Origin: Octopus vulgaris
Taxonomy: Eukaryota
Assembly: GCA_951406725.2 (NCBI GenBank)
Contig: OX597816.1
Coordinates: 930,001-994,000 of the forward strand
DNA: 64,000 nt
Direction: 5' to 3'
The translations under genes and the position numbers were made by a program. Positions 13,791 to 25,892 of the stretch are shown piece after piece. Every line of letters begins with the position of its first letter. Within the stretch, counting starts at the first letter, position 1. The notes under the pieces were generated by a model. It made no database searches. It had not been told where the DNA came from and saw only the letters and a list, made by a program, of their open reading frames with translations.

Positions 13791-14705
13791 TTAGACTCTT
13801 TTTTTAATCTCTTTCTTCTTTATGGCATCTTTAAGTTACTTGAGTGTTTTAATGTACCACTTGCTGGCCATGGTACAGAACATTCCAGAAAATCAGGAAG
13901 TATGACACCCATTAAAAAAAGAAGAAACAAATCCTGATGCTATGACTTTCTGTTCAACCACTGGCTCTAAAAATTGGTGCAGCTCCTGTCCAAGCGATGC
14001 CAGCATGGAAAAATAGATGTTAAATGATGATAGCTGTTTGCATCATTGGTGATTGAGGTCATTGGTCTCAGTTGATAGCCTCCTGCTGTGTGCTTTGTCG
14101 TCAGGGCTAGTTTCCTCCTCTTTAAGCCTCTTCATCTTTTCATGTACATTGATCTTGCCAATGCTGTCATCTCCATCAACAACCTGTAACCTCCTGTGTA
14201 TGTCTCACTTCTTGACATCCCTCCTTCATCAACAACTCAGTGATGGCTGAAATGTTATTTCTGCTTGGAACTCATTATTTGCTGCCTGCAACAAAGAAGA
14301 GGAAGATTTACTCTAGAAGAAAAGTTACTCTACGAATGAGTTCAATTTGAACATCCTTTATCACTAAATAAAAAAGTTGTGCCTGCTTTTGCAGCATGTG
14401 TGCATGTACACGTATGTATATATGTCCACTTTGGTTAATTTAAGGTATTTAGACTCTTGTTAATGAGAAATGTCTGCTAGTTCTTCTGTAATTCCAGTGA
14501 GTAAATCTTCATAATTTATATCAAAATCAAATCATTCTATTTGGAAATTAATTTTAATTTGATATTTTTTAAACTAATTCAAAAACACCATTTTAAATAT
14601 ATTGTTAACATTTCATTTGAAACTATTTAACAATTTTATATTTCATTAGTTTTGTCTATGTGCAAAAAATTAACCCCCTTTTTTTTCATATTCTCTCTTT
14701 AACAG

Positions 14706-14858
14706 AAAAACTAGCCAACATCAAAATTCAGGTTCCTGAGGTAACTCAGTCGGAAATCGGTCAGAAACATAAGTTACGCATTGTTCTTGATGTTCTCAAT
14801 AATGAAATCTTTCAGATTGATCCTGCCAATCACGATGAACTTCATTGGAGTGTTGATA
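14706..14858 (+). CDS. Parvin: Parvin exon, CH1 (EKLANIKIQVPEVTQSEIGQKHKLRIVLDVLNNEIFQIDPANHDELHWSVD)
   Basis: aacag| acceptor, |gtaagt donor, 153 nt, phase 1-1. Parvin EVTQSE..QK.KL..VL and W.VD motifs. Confidence 0.95.
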
Positions 14859-16570
14859 GTAAGTTGGGGTCTTATCACTGAGATATATTTTTAATTTTGT
14901 CAATGTTTTTCACAGATAAATTTTGTCATGATGTAAAGATTATTTTTCACGGTTTAGTAATAATGCTGGCAGTAAGTCTGCTGATCAAACCCAAGAAAAT
15001 ATTTTTCTATTTGTTTCCCAAACTGCTGATTCTGTCTGATACGTGTGTCACCATCTTCTGGTGATGCAGTGAGATTTCAGCAGTGAATGTACCAAGGTAG
15101 AAGGGGGATACCACAAAACACCCTGCGAAACGAACTAATAAGTCTGACAATCCACCACACAAGACTCCTACCATTCTAAATCTTTTCTACATTAAGCACA
15201 AGGCCAGCAATTTTGAGGGGGGGTGCTAATTGATTACATCGACCTCAGTGATCAATTGGGGCTTATCTTATTGATCCCAAAAAAGACAAAGAAGACTTTG
15301 ATGGGATTTGAACTCAGACTGTAAAGATGGATGAAATGTCACTTAGCATTTTGTTCCACGTGCTAATGATTCTGCCAGGTGTTGCTGCCTTTGATCCTTT
15401 TTTAATCACACCTGAAAAGATGAAAAGTGATGCTGACCTCAGTCAGATTTGAACTCAAATGCAGAGAATTTCAACAAATGTCACAAGACTTTCTGACCCT
15501 TTCAACAACTCTGCCATGTTTTAATAATACTACTTTCTAGATTGTTCTATTGAGCCCCAGTTTGTGAGAGGAATTTCTGTTTTGTTTATACTATTGGAGT
15601 TCCCCTACCTTCTTTTAGCTGTCCATAATTGACAGACTCCTCTCAGTCTTACTTCACTGTCGAGGGATTCACATTGAGACAAGCATCCATCAGTGGAAAC
15701 ATTTCAAACTCCTTTAATCCTTGTTACCATAGAAAAAAATGCCCTGTACAGGTTGACATTAGGAAGGGTATCCAGTGGTAGAAACATTGCCAAAACAGAT
15801 ATTGGAACCCGATGCAGACCCCTGATTAGTTGGAACCTGTTGAACTGTCCAACCCATGCCAGCTTCGAAGACAGATATTAAATGATAATGATGAGGCATA
15901 CTGTCTCATAAAATAAAACACATGACTCATTTACCTTCTTCCACCTTACTGAAAACTAGATACCATTCCTATCTTATCACCTGTTTACGTAATAAGTATC
16001 TTATTGATGCATTAAAAAAACCTCATTAAAATAGAAATAATATGAAAGTTATTTTTATTCTTTATTTCAAATGAAAGATTTGCAAAACAATTCTCTAAAA
16101 AAAAAAATGGGATCTTTACCTTTTGACCTACAGATTTAAAAAATAATTTTTGTAACTAAACACTTTCAAACTTCGGACACTGGTAGAATGTGTCATATAA
16201 AATATCTTTTACTCTTAGCATTTTTGAGAAAAACTTATATTTACAAAGTTATTTCATGTTAAAGTTGTCCTATTTCGGTGAACAGGTGTATCATTTAGGA
16301 TTGTTCTAATATATTTGAATGTGAATAGAGCCAAGTATATACATATACACACAGACATGCCCTTGGTGAGATTGGACTTTTGTTCGATTTAGTAGAAATA
16401 TGGCAGGCTTATCTGCCTGCCCTGTTATTGTTAGGGATTAAGCTTTATCTGAAAATTAATAAAAAAAAAAAGAAAAAAAGTAACAACATACAATGATTGG
16501 TCATTACTGAAATTGACTTGAGGTATTTTGTGAGTTGACTCTATTAAAAAGTCGTGTCACTTCATTGTAG

Positions 16571-16686
16571 GTATCCACTCTAAGAATTTGGCTGCTATAC
16601 TTCATCTGCTGGTTGCCTTGGCCCGATTCTTTCATGCTCCCATCCGTCTTCCTGACAATGTGGCTGTTACAGTTTTAGTGGTTCAA
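16571..16686 (+). CDS. Parvin: Parvin exon, end of CH1 (SIHSKNLAAILHLLVALARFFHAPIRLPDNVAVTVLVVQ)
   Basis: tgtag| acceptor, |gtaagt donor, 116 nt, phase 1-0. Conserved AILHLLVAL...F.APIRLP..V...V.VVQ. Confidence 0.95.
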
Positions 16687-17169
16687 GTAAGTTCAGAACA
16701 TTTTCTTTCTTGTCATTATTCATTTTTCTGCAGGACATTTCACAGGTCAAGGAGTTGGCTTCCCAACCATGTAGTTTCAGGTTCAATTCCATTGTGTGGC
16801 ACCTTGGATAAGTGACTTTTACTATAACCCCAAGCTGACCAAAGTCTTATGAGTGAATAGTTTCTATATAGGGAGTGCCCCCCACCACCACCAAACATTC
16901 CACATTACAGTTTGACAAATGTTTCAACAACAAACCTATGCTGTACAATGGTCCAAATCATTGTGGTAAGTTAAAAAACAAAACAAAAGCACTAAAGCAC
17001 CTCATGAAGACATCATTACCCCCTGCCCTAACATTACTAGCACCACACCAGTGGCTGTGTGAAATACGGCAGTTTGTCTCTGCTCTGTCCTGTTTTATTG
17101 CATATCATCATCATCATCGTTCATCAGTAATTTAGTAATTGATTCTTTTCTATTCTTTTTCATTTTTAG

Positions 17170-17228
17170 AAATGTGGAAAGGCACTGAATACAAGGAAAG
17201 TGAAAGTTGAAATTACCAGTTCTCATGA
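17170..17228 (+). CDS. Parvin: Parvin inter-CH linker exon (KCGKALNTRKVKVEITSSHE)
   Basis: tttttag| acceptor, |gtaagt donor, 59 nt, phase 0-2. Position and the K..G.L..R....EIT pattern match the parvin linker. Confidence 0.85.
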
Positions 17229-20200
17229 GTAAGTTTGTATTATAAATCTTTCTCTTTTTTTCCACTTCAGTAATAGATATAGCAATATTTGATAACAAAG
17301 AGTTTATTATACTCCTAGTTAGTATTATCCAGTCTAGACTGTAAAGTCATGAATTCAAATTAGAAAAAACAAGCAAATCAAATATGAATTGTCAAACTAA
17401 TTATTGTCCTCTGTTTAATTTCATTTTGAACGATTGTCAGCTTATTTGAATGCTTCTGCCTTACATTGACTACAACAACCATTTTCAGGAAGATTTATTA
17501 AGGATTCTCTTTTTCAGCAATTCATGTTTTTTCAATATAAATTCTGTAGATTGTGAGGAATATTTTTCTAGTTAATCAATCAGTATTTGTTTAGTTTTGT
17601 ATTATTTTCTGATAAAAAGTTTGAATTTTGTTGGGTAGAAGCAACAAGAAGCAGTGTTAGACATGCTTTGCTTTTTCTTAGAATACTGACAATAATAACT
17701 ACAATGAGGTTTTTTTCCCAATATTGAAAGCTTCATTGCAGACTCAGATTTTTTTGAGAATAGTTCTTCTGTTATTTACCATGATAATATCTTATTAATT
17801 TATTTTCCACATAAAGTACTATGTTTGAGAGTGTGGGATGCTAACTGTGAGGTTCGTGTATTAAGAGTGCTGACATAAGTGACATGAAATGGCTTCAACT
17901 GGGATTGAAACCTGCCTGTCACTTGAATATTTAACCCTTATCCACTTGTCTTTGCCACTCTCAACTTAACTAAGCCACATAGGAAGAAAACAGCATTTAC
18001 AGAAAAATGAATTCAAATCTTAGATTCACTCTTATGACAATATGTATCTTTTATGATTTACTTGTTTCAATCTTTAGACCGTGGCCATGCTAGGGCACCA
18101 CTTTTAAGTCTGGTACTTATTCTATCGGTTTCTTTTTGCTGAATTGCTAAGTTATGCGGGAGTAAACCCACCAACACCAGTTGTCAAGCAGTGGTGGTGG
18201 GACAAACACATATATACACGATGGGCTTCTTTCAGTTTCCGTCTACCAGATTCACTTACTAGGCTTTGATCAGCCCAAGGCTATAGTAAAGGACACTTGC
18301 CCAAGATGCCACTCAGTGGGACTGAACCCAGAACCATGTGGTTGGGAAGCAAGCCTCTTACCACACAGCCATGCCTTATTATATGTTTGAAATGTTGGTT
18401 CCTATGTTTATGAGTTTATTTGTTACTCGAATGTCTGTATAAAACCTGTTCAGTTGTTGGTGGTGGTTTGTATTTCAAGATTATGGCTTTTCTAATTGGT
18501 AGAATTATACATGCTTGTATCCGCAGTAACCATTCTATTCTTGGTCAACATTCTTCTAGAATCTGTAATGAGATTCTTCTTGTTCAGAATCAATCTTTGT
18601 CTAGAACATATCTCCCCAACGCTATCCAAGTGTACTTTCATGTTTACAAGAACCTGTGATCCTTAAAGATCATGGGGTTGCAGGGGATTGTAAACGGGTC
18701 CACTCGCTCCCTCTGCAAATCAGGCAAACATGGAAGAATCAGTGTTAAAGGAATGGTAATAAACGAGGGATATGTTGACTCTTTACAGTATAATACTAAG
18801 AAGAAAATGAAATGGCCAACATTTCTATGGAACTGTTCAAAGGCATAGCTGTAGAGAATGTAGCAGTCAGGTTAAAATACTCTCCTTTAATGCCTGGAAG
18901 ATATCTGAATTCAACAAGATTACATCTATTACCAAACACAATTTCTTAGAGTTCCAAATGGAGAAGGGATGTCACACTGAACAGCAGTTTGCTACATTAT
19001 CGAGAAATCAACAGCCCCTGGGTCTGAGGGAAACCATTAACCATACCAGCTTCACAGCAAGGAATGATTAAATGCCTGAAATATTTTACATGGCTTAAGG
19101 AGAATGCAATCAGTCAAATTCATCTCAGATTTCATTACTATGTGGCTCTCGTTAGTAGTTTAGTTATCTCAGAATTAGACTGTAAGAGTCCTTCAGAACT
19201 GTTGGAAGATTGTCTATGAAGCTGTTCTTCAAAAATAGGAGTTTTGAGTTCTAATCCAGCATAAGTTTGTGTTTTATATCTAGTCATTTGGACATGAAAA
19301 AATGATCACATATTGAATATATTCTGGAATAAATATACTTCAGGTGGAATTAAATAATTTTTTTTTTAGACCATCTGTGTATGAGATCATTTCATCCCAA
19401 GAAGGATAAAAAAAAAAGAAAAAGAATCCTACGTCTGACGTTTTCGCGAATCTCTGCTGGGACAGTGTTTGCCCTGCTCTGATATAGATTTGCTTATGAA
19501 GAGATTTTCTCTTCAGACAGAAAACCAGGTTGTCTTCCAGTGGTGGCATTTTTAATTTGATGCTCTTTCAGTTGTTTATACCTAGTTCTTATTTGAGCAG
19601 TAGGACATCTAAAAGATTAAAATAAATCAATGAATGATTTTTTTCCCACGAACGATAAATTCGACGACAGTTCAAGTGTAAAGTCATCAAATTTTAAGTT
19701 TAGATCCTAATTTTTATTTTGAGTAAAAAGAAAAGGGGGAAAAAAATGTTCAAGGGAAGCAACTTATAAAATAATTACTGTGCTGGGTTATGCCCCTTGT
19801 ACCTTTCTTTCTCTGCTTCAATGAGATTTCATTATTTGCCGACAGAAATATTATTTCGAGAAATTCAAATTAATCATGTCCTCGCTATATCCTGACAGAT
19901 ACAACTATTAATTAATTACTAAGGCATTACACATCCTTTTCAGTTATTCTGAAGTGTAATGTGAGGTATATTGTCCCCCCCCCTTTTTTTTTTTTTTTTT
20001 TTACAAATTTACAATTTTCGCCTTGTGGAAAAACGATAAAAGGTGCTTACTGCCAGATTATGTATTTATCACTTTATGGGCCAGGATCATATTTCCATAT
20101 TTGTTTGAATTTTAATTTTAAAATATTCCATTCATTCAGGTATTCATTTATGTAAACATCTCAGTTTTATTAATTACAAATTTATTAAAACATTTATTTG

Positions 20201-20405
20201 GGTTTTTTTTTCTCACCTAAAACTTAAACATTTGAAAGAATTCATAAAATCTTGACTTCATATTCATGTTTCTGGAGCCACATATTGTGTGAGGGCAACA
20301 TGATAATTAAAAATAATTGATTTAATTAATTACATAATAATTTATTTTCTTCCATTTTAACGCTATATTAAATACAAAATACCCCTGTATTAAATACAAT
20401 TTCAG

Positions 20406-20423
20406 AGAACTACTAGATGATGG
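20406..20423 (+). CDS. Parvin: Candidate alternative 18-nt microexon (adds ELLDDG)
   Basis: tttcag|AGAACTACTAGATGATGG|gtaaga. Symmetric phase 2-2 and stop-free between exons 17170-17228 and 24261-24286. Polypyrimidine tract is weak. Confidence 0.5.
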
Positions 20424-20999
20424 GTAAGAACATTTCTTTGATTATACCATCTCTTACCTATTGAAGTAACTGGTCTACTTTCTTCATCTTTTGGTCAACT
20501 GTCTTGCTCCAAACTTCAACTGGATTTTTTAACAGTTTTCACCAATAACTCATCACCCACCACAATCACTACTTCTCTTCTGTTTTCATTTTTAACTGGA
20601 TTTATTGCAAAATGTCAACTTAACTCTCTTATAAACTGTGTCATTTGTTATAGTTAAATGTTTTAAAAGAGCCACTGTCTGATAGATTGGGCCCATGGTG
20701 AACGTCTCTCTCCATCAGAGTAGCTGCTTCATTGGTGTGGGTTAAAACCAGTCGAAATTGATTCATTACGAAGAACATCTATTTCTGAAATAAAAAGGAT
20801 TTACCAGGGAGCTGTTTGTGTGTGAATGTAAACAAATAAATATATGCTAGCATGGAAAGCAGACGTTAAATGATGATGATGATAATATATATATATATAT
20901 ATCTCATCATCCTCATGATATATACATACATGTGGCAGATGTGTAAGTACATTAAACACGAGGAATGTAGGAAAAAACCCCCCCGACTCCTTCAAATGT

Positions 21000-21730
21000 C
21001 AGGGGGAATCCTTAGAAGTAGCAGACAATTTCTGTTACTTCAATGGCCAAGTTAGTGAGGAAGGTTGTTCTGAAAGTGGAGCTGCTACAATAAGAATAGG
21101 TTGGGTGAAGTTCAGAGAGTTACTATGTCTGTTAGTAATGAAGGGCCTCTCCCTCAGAGTGAAAAGGCAGATTGTATGCTGCCTGTGCACAAACAGCTAT
21201 GCTACATGGCAATGAGGTGTTGGCTGTGACTGTTGAGGACATGCAAAGGCTTGAAAGAAATGAAGCTGGTCTGCTGCTCTGGATGGGTAATGTCAGTGTG
21301 TGTATACGACAGAGTGTGATTTGAGAGAGAAAAACTGGGACTGCAAGACATCAGATGTAGCATGCATGAAGACCATTGCATCGAGAGGTGCTGATCTCTA
21401 ATTGTAGAGGGAACATGTGGAAGGAGTAGACACAGGAAGAGGTGGGACAAAGTGATGAGGAAGAATCTACAGATGCTGGGACTCACAGAGAGGGTGACAA
21501 GGGACTGAAATTCCTGATGGTTTGCTCTGCTTGAGAAGACAATCCTGCTAAGTGAGAGCACGGTTGTTCTTGCATACAAGCTTGTCCCCCTGCATCCCTC
21601 TCCCACTGAACATTCTTAACCTTGCAGGTAAAAAGCACCCCGACCGGTGGAGCACTCTGTAAAGTGGTTGGTGTTAGGAAGGGCAGCCAGCTGTAGAAAC
21701 CATACCATGAAGCATGGCCAGCTCTTGGCA
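21000..21730 (+). mobile_element. RTE-type LINE 3' fragment
   Basis: Decayed RIRIGWVKFRELL, RLYAACAQTAMLHGNE and MQRLERNEAGLLLWM segments followed by the common 3' UTR. A similar copy lies at about 25940-26525. Confidence 0.75.
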
Positions 21731-21843
21731 ATGATATAAATGAATAAGAATGATTGTTGTACACCCAGTCCAGTTATATTAATAATAAAATATTTCACTC
21801 TAAACTATAATTAGTATTGTCTCTCTCACCAATCTCCCTCGCC

Positions 21844-21887
<44 letters not shown>

Positions 21888-23029
21888 TCTCTCATTCTCC
21901 CCTCCCCTCTCTCTCATATATTTGTCTTTCCTCGTATTTCCATTCTTATCATAAACATCTCATCAAAGGGAAATGCATGTCAGCCCATTTGGAAGACAAC
22001 ATATTACTAGTATTATTATTATTATTATTATTAGTAGTAGTAGTATCATTGTATCTTTCTTTTCATGGAAACTCGAGCACAGATTTGGAAGGTGAATTCT
22101 ATTTTATTCATTTCTTTCATTACGTAAAATTGTTTATTATTTTTGATGTATACACTAACGATCAAGTCAAACAAACAATTAACAACAACTAAAGCGTAAC
22201 TTTCTGTAAAGATTTCCTCTGTCTGTGTGTCGTCTGTCTGTGTGTTTGTTTGTTATTTTAAAAGTCTTCTATTAAAATACATATTCCTTGCTTTCAGAAC
22301 ATCAAATATTAAATATTCGTTGCCATTGTTGATTTCCTTTATCTCCAATGTATTCTCTTAATCTTTTTAAGAATGTTAAAAAAAAATAAAAAAAAATAGA
22401 AGAAATGAAAATGTATCTGAGTTTGAATGCATGTACACGTGTGTGTACTTGTGTATTTGATGTAAGTGTAATGTGTGTGTGTGTGTGTGTGTGTTGGTTG
22501 AGTCAATGTGTTGAGACAAAGTCTTAATCTTTACTATGGTGTTCAATACTCTTTCTTCCAGCAGACAACACTCAGAGGTGTGTGTGTGTATATCTCTCCC
22601 TAATATTTCCCTAAGTCCAGCCCCATTAGAAAAACCTTTAATCCCCAATCTATAAGATTCTCCTACTCCACCACCACCACCATTGCTGGGGTAATCTAAC
22701 ATCTTAACAACAAAAAACTTAGAAACCTACAATTAACTAACCTTTATCATAATTGCAAATCTCACCCTAACCCCCATACCCACGAACCTCTTTACAAACA
22801 CTGACCCTCATACCTCCTATTCTAAGTCTATTACTAACACCTGTACTGTAAACTTACCTCACAACCCAAATATACCTAAATACAGAAATAAAGAACAACA
22901 GTGATAATACCCTTAGACATGAAAGCTACCATAAACTACATCCCACTGACGTCTCCCTCAATTCCCTAAATAAATACCATTTCTAATGCTGCTACAGATA
23001 ATGAACATAGCACCAATAACAATCACCCT

Positions 23030-23128
23030 GCACCCCCCTATGAGCCTATGCAGCAGCAAACGCCCAACCTCCTGTCCCTTAGATAATTGTTGTCTTACTA
23101 AAGACATTGTTTACAAATGCATAGTATT
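23030..23128 (+). mobile_element. Penelope-like GIY-YIG endonuclease N-terminal fragment
   Basis: CSSKRPTSCPLDNCCLTKDIVYKCIV resembles the C.C....CPL.G.CL....VY...V motif at the start of PLE GIY-YIG domains. Confidence 0.6.
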
Positions 23129-23470
23129 AGCTTACACTCGCCTCCTTATGAGAGCTCAAAATCTCTCGTGGAAGCATCATCCAACCAAAGTACAAATATA
23201 TGGGAAATTACCACCTGTGTCATCTCTTGTGAAAGGTAGAAGAGTCCAGTTTGCTGGACATTGTTGTAGAGCTGAAAACGAGGCAATTTCTACTCTTCTC
23301 CTTTGGAAGCCATCTGCTCACCATACCAGAAGGCACGCACTCTCCTACCCTGATGTAATCTCCAGGGATACAGGCATCCAGCAACAGGACCTCCGTAATG
23401 CTATGATGGACCGTGAGGTCTGGCATAACATAGTAAATTCCATTGTCTCGACCACGGTCGAACAATGAAT
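23129..23470 (+). mobile_element. RTE-clade LINE 3' end, 5'-truncated
   Basis: YTRLLMRAQNLSWKHHPTKVQIYG...RRVQFAGHCCR...LLLWKP...AMMDREVW is a typical RTE-clade ORF C-terminus. Ends in (AT)n. Confidence 0.75.
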
Positions 23471-24260
23471 ATATATATATATATATAAAAGCTCATGCAG
23501 CACTTCTTTATCTCAGTTAATCCACAAACTTCTGCATGTATCAATTCCTTATTATCTGAAGTGGTTCATAGTCACCCATGCTGAACTGTGTACCTGCTAT
23601 AACAACTAGTGTGATCTCTGCATCACCAAAGTCTCCTCCATTGTGCAATCCACTGGTTGTTTGAATGAATGGAATAGCATAATTTTTACTTGTTGCCACA
23701 AATTATGCAAGACATTCTCAAAGCACAAATAACAACACTGTCATTCCCTATCTCCCCTGCCCCCAATTCATATTCCTCTGCATAGATTTCTACTACAACT
23801 TTTTAACCAGCTTTACATTTTCTGAACTTTTTATTTTTATATTTCCCACCTGTTTTCTTTATCCTTTATGAATTTCCATAACTTTTCTATCTCCATACAC
23901 ATCTCACCTGCACATGAAAATATACAAGTGCCCGTGCACACATACATATCTACTAGATCCTGCAGATGCACAACATATACATGAATGCATGCTAATATGC
24001 ACTTGTATAATTTTAGATTTTAGCTACTCCTCCTCCTACTATCTTCTACTTCTCTCTCCTTCCCCAGATTTTAAAATTAATCTATTACCAACCACGAGCA
24101 TAACTAAGTCGAATCTCTGACCGAAAATACATTGACTTAGAGTTACCAAAGAGTTTTCGATTTAATCTACCTCAGTATGGTAATGTAGTGTATATAGGTT
24201 TAGATATTGTAATCTTTTTCTTTCTTTTTTTTAAATCTTTTTCTTTCCTTCTTTCTGCAG

Positions 24261-24286
24261 GGATATGGGAGCCAGGATTGGCCATG
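24261..24286 (+). CDS. Parvin: Parvin 26-nt linker microexon (DMGARIGH)
   Basis: Strong polypyrimidine tract and ctgcag| acceptor, |gtaagt donor. Phase 2-1 is what is needed to join 17228 (phase 2) to 25831 (phase 1). Confidence 0.87.
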
Positions 24287-25252
24287 GTAAGTATCTTAGT
24301 ATCCCTTAGTTGTCTGATAAACTGTGGCCCTTGGTGAGTATTTCTTCAAATGTTGACATTATACAGATGTGACATGTTGCCCACTGGTCAGGGCTTGGGG
24401 TTCTTCATCATTAGGTCAGAGGATCAATTGTTGGATCAAGCACTGCTGTTTGGTCTTAAACAAAGCACTTCATTTCATGTTCCTCCATTCTACTCAGCTG
24501 GAATTAGTACCAGTAGCAGTTGGGGGTTAAGACTATGACAAGCTGCTATCTTGTTCGACAACACGGCTCTTGTATGCTCAGAGTTATTGTTAAACCTTAG
24601 GTTACCGTATTTCTTTTGAATTCATTTCCTTTGTTTCAGTTAATTTTGAAAAATAACGAATTTAGCCAATTAACTTTGTCATTATTAAATTGGTTTATGG
24701 AACCTAGATTAACATGAAATTTCTGATGGATAGTTTTTAGATAATTTTAAATCAGGGTTTGTGTCACAGAACCAAAGGTAGTCTCAAGTAGGTTGTGATC
24801 AAAAGGCTTAAACACTTCAGAACTGAAGATAATCTCTGGCCAAATGAGTTCTGTGAACTTCAGATAGACTTGACATTTTTTTTTTATATAGATACATATT
24901 AATATTTTAATAGAAATTATTAACTTATTAATGTCTATCCATATTGTTTTTCAACTTTACAAATTAGAAAATAATTTATAACTGTAACTTATTTTATGAT
25001 CAGTGTAACAAAGAGATTTATTTTTCCATGGGTCATCCAACCCATGCCAGCATGGACAACGGATGTTAAATAGTGGTGGTGGTGATGATCTTACTGAAGT
25101 AAAGGTGTCCTAGTAATTAAGGTGTTGCACTCACAAGCCTAACGTTATTGATTCAATTCCTGGACCAAGCAACACCTTTGTCTCCTCAAGCATTTTGGAT
25201 CGCTCCTATCTACCCAAGCTGTAATAATGAGCACCAACCTATTACTGGTTCT

Positions 25253-25289
<37 letters not shown>

Positions 25290-25830
25290 ATGTGCACCTC
25301 AACACTATTTTGATGCATTTTACATTTCCTATTATGTTATTGTTAATTTGAATATATTATACCATTATTTCAATGATGTTTATTTCATTAAAATAATATT
25401 CAAATATATATTTTTTTAGTATTATTTATTCTGCATCACCCTCACCGTCACTCGTGACCACCACCATCATTATATGTGCTGTCAGGATAATATTCAATTC
25501 ATAGTATATCGCAGATTTAGATTGACTATTTTGTTGTTATTTGTTTTGGATTTCAAAGGATCTGGTGTCAGAGGGGAGAAGAACCTTCTTACATAAACCT
25601 TCGTTACACACACATAAAGATCAGCTCTAGAGGATCAAGTAACAATAAGAGTTTCTTTCTTTTTTTCAATAAACAACTATTGTCTGTGGCATCCATTTCT
25701 CTTAGTTCATCTTATAATGAATATTCTCTCATTTATTATTTTTTTTGTTTTCTCTGTTTTCTAATAAAGAATCAATCTTCACCTGACACAAATGCAAAAT
25801 CCTCTGTGAACCGTTTCTTTTATTTTGTAG

Positions 25831-25892
25831 TCCGTGATGCTTTTGATACTCTTTTGGATCACGCCCCCGAGAAGTTGAATCTTGTCAAAAAG
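25831..25892 (+). CDS. Parvin: Parvin exon (VRDAFDTLLDHAPEKLNLVKK)
   Basis: ttgtag| acceptor, |gtaaat donor, 62 nt, phase 1-0. Near-invariant parvin RDAFDTL.DHAP.KL..VKK motif. Confidence 0.96.

Noticed and set aside
20690-20800. Possible Penelope 3' end with a decayed hammerhead
   Set aside because: No CUGANGA motif; only a hairpin, GAAA and AATAAA resemblance.
24084-24184. Imperfect inverted repeat with hammerhead-like CTGAGG...GAAA on the minus strand
   Set aside because: The core lacks CUGANGA and stem III is unconvincing. It may be an old relic but cannot be supported.
25559-25640. Extra parvin exon after tttcaaag
   Set aside because: The phase-1 reading hits TAA after 12 codons and candidate donors (gtgtca, gtaaca) are weak.
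25770-25830. Upstream alternative acceptor extending the RDAFD exon (ORF 25680-25907)
   Set aside because: The AG at 25768-25769 gives phase 0, but the incoming exon ends in phase 1, which leads to a stop.
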